From Psilocybe cubensis (lineage: Eukaryota): DNA of 64,000 nucleotides. A model generated the notes under the pieces. That model saw only the letters and a list, made by a program, of their open reading frames with translations, was not told where the DNA came from and did not search any database. The DNA is taken from positions 3,100,001-3,164,000 of the forward strand of contig CM038998.1 of NCBI GenBank assembly GCA_017499595.2, written 5' to 3'. A program made the translations under genes and the position numbers. Shown one piece after another: positions 1 to 11,235 of the stretch (its first letter is position 1; every line of letters begins with the position of its first letter).

Positions 1-2003
1 GATTTGATGACGGATTTGAGGTTGAAATGTTTGGGCTCGGCGTTGGGATTATCTGATGCAACCAGTAGCGCCAGTTCCTCTGCAGTTGCTTCCTGTTTTG
101 AAGATGCCTCTTCATTTTGAGCAGGCTTCGTTTTGCCTTTTTTCGTTTTCGGAGCGGGCTTGTCTTGGTCACTATCTGGCTCAAAGAATTCATCATCCAA
201 CACCTTTTCTTTCTCCTTTTCCTTTGGTTTGGCTTCCTTGAGCTCCTCCTTCCTCTTTTTCCTTTTCTCTCTCATTTTGCGCTGGTATTTCTCCAACGAA
301 GTCTCGTTTTCCTCATCCTTCTTTTCAGTCAGCCCTGGAGTAAAGGTAATTTCCATATCGACATCATCCTTCGCATCGTCGCCCCACCCTTCAGGCATGG
401 CCTCATCGTTGCCCCCCAAAAGGAGTGCGCGCAGCTTATCTCTCGAAGCCTTCTTGTCCTTCTTCTTCTTCTTGGGAGCTGTTGCTGCGTCTTCACCTTC
501 TGATTCGGACGAGGTGTTGGCGATGTACGCTCTGAAATCTGATTCTTCTATCTCTTTACGTGTTAGTGCTCGGCGGGTGATCTGGGTGCGCTCCGGATCG
601 TCCTCGTCCCATGTGAGCTTGACTTTGGAGTGCCGTAGAGCCTAGAGTGTTGGGTGAGCTGTATGTGAAAGATCATGAGCTTTTGATGGGTAGCGTACAT
701 CTGTGACGAATTCGACGGCTTTATATGTAGTGTTGAGTTCGTCCGTGGCTTCATCTCTGAGTTGACCCAAGTCAGTCGTAGGTTTATAAAGTCAGAAAAT
801 TAAATACCGGGGTTCATTTTCAAAAGTCATGTCGTCGGGTACAAAGCTCATATCAAAAACGTTTGCAGAACGTTCCAGCTCAGTCCCTTCGAGCTCGTTG
901 TAAATATGCGACGCAGCGTCCACAGTGTCGCATGTCACCACAGCATAATAATATCTAGCAGGTCCATTAACAAATTGTTTTACAACGTAAAATAAACGGC
1001 ACGCACCGTAGCCTTTCAAGCTGATACTTTCGCAACGCATCCTCGTCATACTCATCCTCGCCTCCAACTTCAAACACGGTCTTTTCATTGATTTCATCAA
1101 CGTCCAGATCCTTCTTTTTGAAAATCTCAGGTGGCGGGCCCTCTGTCTCCTCGCGCGCCATCCGCTCTTTTCCAAATTCGCTGGGGTACACACGGACACT
1201 GAGGACCTTGCCGCGGACGACGTTGACCTGCGCAGGGCCCTCGCCTCGCTTGCCCTTGCGGTCTTTCGTCCTCTCCGGCACCTTGGCGGCGGACGCGCGG
1301 ACGACGGGTGCGGTGGGCGAGACGAGGGACGCGCAGATTTTGTACAGGTGGCTCGCGCGGACGTGGTCCCAGTCGAGGTTGACTATCGCCAGTCGGCGCG
1401 ACCTTTGCCCGCCTGCGTCTTCGTTCTCGTCTTCGTCCTGGTGCGCTTTGGCGTAATTTGCGGCTTGCGCTTCGAGGTCTGCGAACGTGTCCTCGTCGAG
1501 GTCGATCTCTGCGTCTTCTTCTTCGTCGTCGTTTGGGACGGCTATAGGCCGCGAAGAGTCTCTGCCTAGCGTAACGAATCCATCATCCTCCTCCTCGTCC
1601 GAATCCTTTTCCTCTGCCTTTCCCTCCTCGTCCTCTTCGTCTGAAGACTCCAGGAGAACCTCTCCGCGTGCCAAATCAGGTTTTCTTGGTGCGCTCTCGG
1701 CATCTTCGTGTTGTTCAGCATCACGTTCGAGGCGGTAGAACCGTTTCAGGTCGTCCTGATCTTGCGTATCAGAGATGGGCCGCCCGTACTTGTCGACTTT
1801 GCGACCTGCTACACAGGACCCATCATGATCATATACATCAGCAAAGAGTATTGTCACACAACATGGTGGGACTGACCGGGCTTTTTCTTGTCCTTTTCGA
1901 AAACGCTCTTGAACCGCTCGTCGATGACAACTTTGTTGTTCTTGGTTTTGGGACGGCGGAAGCGGGGATCTGACTTGAGTCTTGCGAAACGGGGGTCGGA
2001 CAT
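1..2003 (-). CDS. ESF1: Pre-rRNA-processing protein ESF1 (multi-exon, runs off window start)
   Basis: ATG at 2003 gives MSDPRFARLKSDPRFRRPKTKNNKVVIDERFKSVF. Later exons read VDKYGR, RRLAIVNLDWDHVRASHLYKI, SVRVYPSEFGKERMAREETEGPP, LRKYQLERLR|YYYAVVTCD, ELERSANVFDMSFVPDDMTF and ALRHSKVKLTWDEDD, all ESF1-type motifs. Confidence 0.93.
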
Positions 2004-2202
2004 GATAACAGTCTTGAGAAAAAAAGGTGACGTCCAATCAGGACAACTTTTGACCTGACTACAAAACTTTAGATGGAGGTGGAAAGTAAAAATATGAAAT
2101 CACGTGTGTGCTATTATTGGACGGTTGTGTTGTCTGGAATTGGTGGTTGCAGGGCGACCATCAGTTGTCGAGAATGTTACATCAGTCCAAGGACAGATCT
2201 GT

Positions 2203-2319
2203 TATATAGCCTCCTCTTCTCACTCTCCCTTCTTTCCTTCCGTTTCCCTTTCTTTCCTTCCTGTAAGTCACTTTTGATTTTGCTCGTCTATGTACAGCTA
2301 ACACAGTTTTGTATCCTAG
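2203..2319 (+). promoter_or_regulatory. TATA-like box, pyrimidine-rich start region and 5'UTR intron of the KEP gene
   Basis: TATATA at 2203-2208 followed by a CT-rich tract; GTAAGT donor at 2263, GCTAAC branch point and TAG acceptor at 2319, upstream of ATG 2425. Confidence 0.55.
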
Positions 2320-2424
2320 TTCTTTCTTCGTTCTAGTAGCCCAGGCCGCAGGCGCGCCCTATCCGACTTGACCCATCTTGCAACTATTTTTTCCACTTTC
2401 GTTTTTATTTTCCCGTTATACGCC

Positions 2425-3388
2425 ATGCTTTCACGCGCCGCCCTGTTTTCTCTGTTTGTGGTTTTCCTGACCGGTCAGGTCATCGCGGCGCCCATGCCGA
2501 TGCCCGCAAAGGTGTGTAGTGATCGGGTTTTGATGGCATGGCATCTGACAGCGACTGCGATAGCTCTCGATGAGAGGGGTAGCCCAGCGCTCCCCTGAAC
2601 CACTGGAGACGATCGCTGTGTACCGCAGGGCAGTGAACACGATTCCTGCTGAGGAGGCGACCAAGGCGCCGGACGGTGTGATCCAGCCGTACAAGAGGGC
2701 TGTGAACACTATCCCTGCTGAGGAGGCGACCAAGGCACCCAATGGAGTGATCCAGCCATACAAGCGCGCTGTGAACACTATCCCAGCTGAGGAGGCGACC
2801 AAGGCGCCGAACGGAGTGATCCAGCCTTACAAGCGCGCCGTGAACACGATTCCTGCTGAAGAGGCTACCAAGGCGCCAAACGGAGTGATCCAGCCATACA
2901 AACGAGCCGTCAACACAATTCCCGCTGAAGAGGCTACCAAGGCACCGAATGGAGTGATTCAGCCATATAAACGAGCCGTCAACACGATCCCTGCCGAAGA
3001 GGCAACCAAGGCACCTAATGGAGTGATCCAGCCTTACAAGCGGGCAGTGAACACAATCCCTGCTGAAGAGGCAACGAAAGCACCCAACGGAGTGATCCAG
3101 CCGTACAAGCGGGCAGTGAACACGATCCCGGCCGAGGAGGCGACGAAAGCGCCAAATGGAGTGATCCAGCCTTACAAGCGTGCGATCAACACAATTCCTG
3201 AGGAAGAGGCAACAAAAGCACCGCAAGGGGTGTTGCAGCCATACAACAAGCGTGCTGTTAACACGGTGCCGGAGGAAGAGTCAACCAAGGCGCCGAATGG
3301 AGTGATCCAGCCGTACCGACGTGCCATTAACACGATCCCAGCTGAAGAAGCGACCAAGGCACCAGAGGGCGTGATTCAGCCATACTGA
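2425..3388 (+). CDS. Secreted Kex2-processed repeat protein (KEP) / multi-core peptide precursor, 303 aa
   Basis: Exon 1 (2425-2511) MLSRAALFSLFVVFLTGQVIAAPMPMPAK is a signal peptide. A phase-0 intron spans 2512-2563 (GTGTGT..CTGAC..TAG). Exon 2 (2564-3388) carries 11 repeats of AVNTIPAEEATKAPNGVIQPY separated by KR/RR. Confidence 0.92.
2630..3385 (+). repeat. Coding tandem repeat, 11 units, 69-bp period
   Basis: Units start at 2630, 2699, 2768, 2837, 2906, 2975, 3044, 3113, 3182, 3254 (unit 9 has one extra codon) and 3323. Confidence 0.95.
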
Positions 3389-3676
3389 TTTCAAGACGGA
3401 TGGAACAAGGCCTCGTGTTGTGCATGTTTATTTTATTACTAGTTGCAGATGGATGTCGAGATAGTAGTGGGATTTTTTAATACATGAACCGGATTGGATG
3501 GAAATGAATATTATGGCAGTGACTCGGAGATGAGCCGGAGAGAATACAGTAGATCCGGGGATGCCACAGCCTTTGTGACTGCAGAGCCTTTGTCTGCGGC
3601 TACAATGTCTCCAGGCAACGGTTATAATATAAATTGACATCATCGAGTCTGGCTCTTTCCATCTCCTCTTCTTACA

Positions 3677-4227
3677 ATGACCGAGTACGACTATTCGCCC
3701 GAGGCATACGAGCGCCATCTTGCCACTCAGAACAGGATAGCCAACTGGGTGCAGCACACAGAGCAGCACAGACCCCAGTTTGAGAATGCGCGCTCTCCCT
3801 CACCCCCGCAGCGCACTCGCCACCATCAACCCCCGCGCCCGCTGTACATCCACCCGCCATCCCCCGCGTCAGACTCTTCAGAGGGATACGCGCACCGCCC
3901 AGGGCCGATGCCTTTGAGCAGTCCCCCGATAATGATGTACCCGCCGCCGCCGCCGATGCTCATCCACCCATCCTACACCGCAGCGCCGCACCACAAGCCA
4001 TCGCACCACCGCCATCGCTCCCCCCACGCCCACTCGCGCTCCCACTCCCAGCAGTCTCCGCCGTACTACAGTCCCCCTGTCTCGCCAGGCTACCAGTACC
4101 CGTATCCCGCTGGAGGCTACTTTGTCGTCCAACGTGCTCCAGGACCGATGCCTGTCATGGTGAGTACTCCTTCTCTTTGCTCCACACCATCCTTTTCAAC
4201 CATCCTTTCTCCTAGTATCTCTCCTGA
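3677..4227 (+). CDS. Pro/His/Tyr-rich hypothetical protein (~164 aa)
   Basis: ATG 3677 gives MTEYDYSPEAYERHLATQNRIANWV followed by a low-complexity Pro/His tract. GTGAGT donor at 4160 and TAG acceptor at 4215 give a YLS* end. The 3' end is uncertain. Confidence 0.65.
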
Positions 4228-4863
4228 GCTGAATCGTCATCCAGTCCAACATCCCAGCTCCCCCCAACATCTCCTCCTTTTCCAGTGCCAGCACCGCCTA
4301 TTTCCAGCCAGCCACCTCTGCTGCATCCTCCCACTCCGCAGCCCACCTCTACCCGCCTCCCCTGCCCGGCCCGGACGCCTGGTCTTATGGCGCTGCATCC
4401 CCCTCGCACTCTGTCGTCTCGGGTTCTGTCCCTGCCCACTACTTTCCCCAGTATCAGGGAATACACTCCGCCATGGCCTCGCCTGCCTACTCTTCCCCTC
4501 AAGGCCTGCCTCAGTTGCACCAGCGGGTATACCATCTCCAGACACACCACTATCGACGAAGCGTCGGCTAGATCCTCGGCTCTCTCCCTGGGCGATTTTC
4601 TAAGACTCTTTTTCTGTTCTTCTTTCATGTCCGAATCGATCCCCTTTTTATTCTTTCATTTAGATAGATCATCATGAAGTCTTCCAAAAGGGCATCAGTC
4701 CCCAACTCGCATCGGACAATCTTGTCATCATTAGCATTACGTACCATAGACTGCATACATACCACTGTTGTACGATTACACTTCATTCAATCCAATAAGG
4801 CTCCCATCGCCTTTAACCTTGTCGTCTATAGATACATTTCAAAGATACACAAATCCTACAGTC

Positions 4864-7125
4864 TCATCTTACCATCCGCCAAACCCACACGCCCCCTTTG
4901 GTCCCCACCCCAACGATCAGCTCGCCCTCCAGCCCAACCGCACAGCTATTCAACGTCTCCCCGGCCAACCGCGACTTGGACGTCTCCATACTCACCGTCC
5001 AGGAATCGATGCGCGGCGCAACCCTGCCATCGCTGCCACGCACACCCTCCCGGGACTGCCCACCATTCGCCTCGTCCTCGAATCGCGCCTCCTGCTCCTC
5101 TTCCTCCGCCAGCCCCTCGCGGTGGCTAGCATCCCCACCCAACTGCATCCGCCCCGCGATATCAGCAAGCGACACGCCACCCCCAACCGCAACCGCCGAG
5201 TCCCCCAACAGCCGCTCCGTCGTCTCGCGCGAGAACGCCGGGTGCTGCCGCGGCTCCAGCTGCTCGACCGGCACCAGATTCACCTTGGTGTCCCCCGGGA
5301 CCACGTACGAGATCAGCGGCCCGTGCGTGTGCGACTGGTACACGCTCAGACTCGGCGCTGTGTAGTGGTCCTGTGTATCATCAAACCGGTGCACCGCGAT
5401 GACCTTGTACGATCCTGCGCACACTTGTGATGCCACTTTTTATTTATGAAAAAAATAAACTTACCACTTTCGTAATAATCCTGAGTGTTAGAAGGGTTGG
5501 TGTCAGGGAAAGATGGTTGATTTTCAAGGTGGTTGACTCACTGATGCGCAACCTCTAAGCCCGTGTATGTTTGCTTCTTCATGAGTTGCAGGGAAAAACC
5601 GATCCAGGCCGAGCCATTGCCACACAGCCAGTTCTCCTGGCTCAATATGAACTCGTTTGTTGTTTTTATCATCTGGAGCGTCTCGCATTATCGCAGGTGC
5701 CGTATGGGACAGCAACATATCGGTGCTCAGCCTGAAAATGACCTGTATCAGATCGCGATAAAAAAAATAGATGCATTCCACGCACCATGAGATCGAAACG
5801 ACTCGAGACTTGTGGATATTACCGCTCGAAAGCAATGGTTTGTCTTCTCTATGAATCACAGTCTCCGAAGAAGGCCTCACAGGCCATATCTTAACAGCCC
5901 TGTCCAACTAACAAGAAGCGAAAAAAGCATCACAAAAGCCAAATCAAACGATCATATAAATATGAAACTTACACCAGACGTAGCAATCAAAGGATGCGTC
6001 GGATGAAAAGACTACAAAGATAAACCCCGAATCAAACAAAGAAAAAAAAAGAGCGTTGCAGCGCGTGTACACAATCAAAGATCAGATCTCTCTTACAGAC
6101 GCGAGCGTTGCAGCTTTATGCCCTCCCGATCGTTCGCCTAGTAACACAGCGACACACCTGCCCCGACCGGCTCCTTCACGCTCGATTGGGGGGTGACCGC
6201 GCTTCCCGGTAAGATTTGGCACGTTGATCATCCGAAGCCCGTGCGCAGCGCCTGCGACGCTCGCTCCTTTAACTGGTGGCCATGGGGGATTGGGAACACC
6301 TGAGAATTTATCCGCGATTCTGTGCGACTTTGGCATCATCTCGAACGACGCGCTTAAATCTAGATCGTATATCCGTGTTGTACTATCTCTGGATGTCGTA
6401 CAAAAGAGGTGCGGTGTAGTAGGGTGCACAGAAATGGACGTTATTGCCTGGATTAAGATATAAGTTTGATTTATTAGTAGGAAGTGTGTAACTTACACCA
6501 CCGTGGCCACGGATGCATCCAGCCATACCCTTTTGTAGAACATTGTAGATAAACAACAAACTGCCTCGGGAGAATATAACAAGAGGAAGAAATGGGTTCT
6601 CCTTTGCCAATGCCCATGCGACACACATCTTATCAGCAGAGTGCACCTCTTGTTTATTCTGAAAAGGTTGCAATAAGCCAACAAATTGACCAAAACCGAA
6701 ATATCAACTGACATTGAGAGTGGTCCACAAGGGCATAGACTTTCTCTGTGTGAAGCATACAAACAGATCCAAGGGCGATCCCACAGCAACAGCATCCCAA
6801 AGCTGATCGATAACCTCGCTCCTCCACCTCGCCACATCTTCCTCAACAGCCAGCACACCACCCCACAAATAGTCCAAAGAATCACCGTCCCACGGGAAGA
6901 TCGCTAGACTTTGCAGGGAAATATCACCATTGCCGAGCTATACAAGTCCATTGTTACATTCACTGTGCAGCTTGTTTTTTTTTACTCAGAAAAATAGACG
7001 TTGATACCGACAGATATTTTCCTGACGAGTTTGAACGGCGGAGGCGTATCGCGATCTTTGTTCCACCATGGTACCTCATCCTCCTCGATTTCGCCAGTAA
7101 AGTAATTTCCTGGAGCTACAGACAT
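4864..7125 (-). CDS. WD40 protein, Polycomb EED/ESC-like
   Basis: Spliced segments CVAWAL..PLVIFSRGSLLFIYNV..CIRGHGG|AITSISVHPTTPHLFCTTSRDSTTRIYDL, AVLLGERSGGHKAATLAS..FHPTHPLIATSG|MDRAVKIW and NIHKSRVVSISW follow the EED WD40 order. ATG at 7125 (MSVAPGNYF). Confidence 0.7.
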
Positions 7126-7310
7126 TTCATAGGGCCATAAGCAAAGAGAATCTCAAAGTCTCGAAACCAGAAGAAGCAGAAGAGATGGCGGTTCAAAAGG
7201 TTGTATTTTAGGTCCCGCGTCACACACACACAAAAGAAGTTCGCCGTCCCAAAAAGGCAGTTGATCCCGTCCCAACCCAATCCGCTCGCCTCCGTTTCGA
7301 AAAAGCCGCC

Positions 7311-7923
7311 ATGTCAGAAGAAGCAGAAGTGAGCAACAGCAACACACCCGCGTTCGACGCCAAGTCGCCCGTGCAAGAGGCATCGCGCATCGCCCTCCAA
7401 GGCGCCGCCGTCGGCCTCGTCCTCAGCTCCGTCCAAAATGCCCTGGGCACACATTCTCATGGCGCGATGGGTGTGGTGACGAGAACTGGGGGTACCATTG
7501 GCTTCTTTGGTGCGTCCTGGTCCATATTCCATCCCTGATCCTGCGTCGAATTCACTTTGTACACCCCCCCAATTCAGCTGCTATGGGAGCTGCTTTCAAA
7601 TTCACAGAAACTTACGTCGCCAATGAGCGACAGAAGAACGATGCGCTGAACGGAGCTGCTGGTGGCTGCGCCGCTGGCTTCCTTGCTGGTCTACGTTGTG
7701 AGTCGATTAATCCCCAAGTATGCAAAATTCCTCCCGACTTATTTCTTTTACCCCAGCCCGCTCACTTCCAATGGCACTCGGCGGTTGTGCCTTCCTTGGT
7801 CTCGCAATTGGAGGCTTCGATTACACAGGACAATTGACTGGATCAACAGAAACAAAGGACGAGAGAAGAAAGAGGTTCTTCAAATCCCCACCACCACCAC
7901 TCGTAGAAGTCCCATCAGAGTAA
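7311..7923 (+). CDS. NDUFA11: Complex I accessory subunit NDUFA11/B14.7 (Tim17 family, 21.3 kDa subunit)
   Basis: Three exons: SSVQNALGTHSHGAMGVVTRTGGTIGFF|AAMGAAFKFTETYVANERQKNDALNGAAGGCAAGFLAGLR|ARSLPMALGGCA..DERRKRFFK. Confidence 0.85.
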
Positions 7924-8159
7924 TTCTACAATCCATTTTACTTGCTAGACCTCAATTGCTCGATTGTGCGAAAAATAGAAGTGTATATATCTCAGGTAAA
8001 TGGTTATTACTACAAATGCGCCACAGTTACTCTGTGTGCGCGTATCCTTTTAAATAGGTGAATAAGATACTCAAGAAAATGCTAGGTATTCCTAGCAGGC
8101 TGCGAATTTATGATACAATTGGAGGTGCTGCAGTGTGGCTTTATGATTTATGTCCCTTG

Positions 8160-10805
8160 TCAATGATTACTTTCCTTGCTACTAATCTCGGCATAACGCC
8201 GTTGAACTTCTTCATAGTGTGCTTGATAAAATTCTTGCCAATTGCTCCGTGTCTGGCATGGATACTGCAGCAAAAAAAAGAAAAAAATAAAGAGTTGCCT
8301 AACAAAAAAAGAGTAAAAGCAGCTTACTGTTGACCCCAATCGAGACCACACCTCATCTTCGTCTTCTGTGTCATCAGTCTGTGCAAAAAATTGAGAGATA
8401 ACATTGAGGTCGTCCTCTTCTAGCAATTTAAATTCTTCCTCTGTTAATCCATCACGGGTACTGGGGTTGACATGACCATTGGGATGGGCAATCTGCGAAG
8501 GGATAAAATCATGGGGGATGGGCGTAACACTCGTCCTCGGTGGTGATTCTTCATCCATAGGACTTTCAACTACGCTGGAAGACGAGCCAACTTGGGACAG
8601 GCGCAGAGATTTCCTAAAAGCTATACTGGCCCGTTTGCGCCATGCATCCATGTCCTTCCCCAAGTCTTTCACAAGATGTGTTTTCCAGGATCCTAAAGTG
8701 TGGTGTGGCATCTAAATTTCATTGTCAGCTCAAATCAATAAGTTTTTAATAGGAGTATGCTAGCCTTTTTATAGATCGCCGTGCCTATAGCGTTGTTAGT
8801 TATAGTATGGTCGCGCTCAATAAGCAGTTCTGCATAACTAGCAGCAAACTGTCTTTCTTCCAAGGTAAACGCGTAGCCTTGACCGCCTAACCTCCGTGTA
8901 TGCTCTGGAGGAACAGGAGGACTTGGAGGACCCTCCATGGCACCATTTGATATGGATGCAGAGTTTGAGGCCTCCATCATTTTTGCCTTAGCGGCAGCCT
9001 TCTCTTCTGCTTTTCTTAAGCCTTCAGCCAGCATAGCTTTCTTTGCCGCCACTTCTGACAATGCAGCTTTCGGCGCTTGAGCCCGCACTTCCAAAAGGCG
9101 TTGCTTCCTCCGTTCATTCTGCTGTTGATTCCGAAGCAACCGTTTTTCCTCTGCTTTCCTGGCAATATCATCTGATTCATCAACAACTGCAGCCGTGCTT
9201 GGTCTCTTCCGCTTTCCCCCCACCACATTATCGAATTCATATTGTGAGGGAGAAAGCAGTTTTCCCTTTTCGACACATTCATAGATATATTTCGACGGGA
9301 CTGCAGTCTTCCCCGCAAGCTGGGCAGCACGCAAGAGTTCGTTAAATGTCTTCTGTACCTTGTTGGCGGAATAAAGGACAACATAATCCGCGAGTTCGTG
9401 GTCTTTCTCTATAAGACCCCCATTTTTCTTATTCGATGTAAGCTTGTGATGGGCGAAACCTTAGGTGAATGACCTTACCTTAATAGCATCTACAACGTTG
9501 AAACGATTGTGAAGATCTATTTGGACAAAGAAAGACAGTGGTCGACCGGATGTAGTGAATATTTTTCCCTTTGATGAACTTGCAGTCGTTCCAGCAGACT
9601 TTTTGGCCTTCATATCATTGCTTGTGTTGGTTGAAGGTGACCCCAACACCTTACGACGCTTTGGAGGAGGAGTGCCTTCTTTATGTTTACCTTTTTTGTC
9701 CAACATTCTAGAAAGAGGAGGCGAGTCTGATGATTCGCTCGTCATGCGACGGTGCGACAATTTTCGCGGGACTTCAGGAAAAGGCAATGCTTGTTCAGGC
9801 ACGGGTGAAGGGGAACGCGTTTCTTGTCGATTAAATGTTGAAGCTTGCAACTGTGATCCAGGCATCTTGTTGGTGACTATGTCTGCCAAGGCCAATTTGA
9901 ATGCATCTTCATTAAATTGACCACCCGTGGCGCTCATCATCATGTTATTGAACATTTGCTGGAAAAGCATTTGGTTCATCATGGGGTTTACCATGGGGTT
10001 TACCATACCGGGCATTTGCATGGGAAATTGCATCTGAGCCATGGGGTTTGCCATTGCCATGGCTTGCATTGCCATAGCAGGTGTTGGGACTTGGGAAAGT
10101 TGCGACTGGGATACACTCATAGGCGTCATTGACCGACTGTCTGTAGGAGACGTCGAGGCTGCGGGTGGTGGCATGGACGTTCGTGCACTTTGTTGCAACT
10201 GGGAGAAGGGTGTATGACGATCATAATCCGATACACGAGAAGATGGCTTTTTAACCTCAACCGGCTTAAAGCTAGACGATGGAAGAAGACTTTTATATCG
10301 TCAACAACGAGAATTCATGAACCCGAAGAGGCAAAAAAGAAAAAACGGACTTCCGAATGTCTTCGTCTTCAACGCCATCCTCTCCGATCGGTAACCCATC
10401 ATCACGCGTTTTGCAGCCTCCCCAATTGTCATCAGCAAGAAGAGGCCTCTCCTGCTCGATAGATTTAGTGACCCAAGTGTAATGCAACACAACCTTAGTG
10501 TCGTCTGTGCCCCAGTCGCGAATAAATTGTCGTCCTTGAGTTGTGTCTTGATTAACGAGGATAATCTCTGCTTCTTTAGGATCGCTGCAGATGAATGCGC
10601 CATACTTCTGAGAAAATAGTGCGTTCGATATATAAGTCTTATCAAACTACAGCGCAAAAAGACACACTTTCAATCGTCTAATAAACTTGGGGCGACCGCT
10701 TATGCCCCCGGCCTCCGTAAAGATGGGCAGAGAGGAACCATCTGAATTGCGGAATATCTGAGGAGCATCCGCTTGGGTCGCCTGGGACGAAGGAGGCGCA
10801 TCCAT
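8160..10805 (-). CDS. Two-BRCT plus Myb/homeodomain-like protein, Rap1-like architecture
   Basis: ATG 10805 (MDAPPSSQ..QIFRNSDGSSLPIF). BRCT-like 1: YGAFICSDPKEAEIILVN..VLHYTWVTKSIEQ. BRCT-like 2: IFTTSGRPLSFFVQ..ADYVVLY..VPSKYIYECVEKGKLL. Myb-like segments: YAFTLEERQF..MPHHTLGSWKTHL and EDEVWSRLGST|YPCQTRSNWQEFY. Confidence 0.65.
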
Positions 10806-11235
10806 TGACTAACTAAGGGCGTGATTGTTCAGGTCTAGAGACAAGAATTTGCCCCCTCAAAGAATAAGTCCCGGTCCAACCTCAGTTTGTGTGCATACGT
10901 ATGGGGAAACATACATGTGTCACGGTCACACCTTTTCCCGAGATTACAATGATCTTAACACTAACAGTAATAGATCTATTCAACCGACTGGACCCACAGT
11001 ACCTTTGATGTACTCAATGGTCGAATATCGGGCTATGACTCTCTCAAAATAAATATACAATAGAGTTCATTCATTCAAAGCTTCTGCACCGTGCCTATTG
11101 AAGTCGGCCTGATCATAAAACCCATACGCGAAATCGACATATCATGTTCATAGGGTTGGAGAATTGCATTAACAAACGCATATGGTGTAGAGAACATGAT
11201 GCAGATGTAGGAATACAAGCAAAAGGACGTATCCT

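Noticed and set aside
2431-3357. Repetitive minus-strand ORFs (2480-3226, 2431-2802, 3172-3357)
   Set aside because: Antisense shadows of the KEP repeat. Wobble variation is synonymous only in the plus frame, which also has the signal peptide and KR sites.
2630-3385. Regular 69-bp repeat as a CRISPR array or minisatellite
   Set aside because: No unique spacers, eukaryotic context, and codon-structured variation.
2425-7125. Dikaritin/borosin/MSDIN RiPP gene cluster around the KEP
   Set aside because: No DUF3328 (HxxHC), methyltransferase, prolyl oligopeptidase, tyrosinase or transporter gene is recognisable nearby. Sequence left of the window is not visible.
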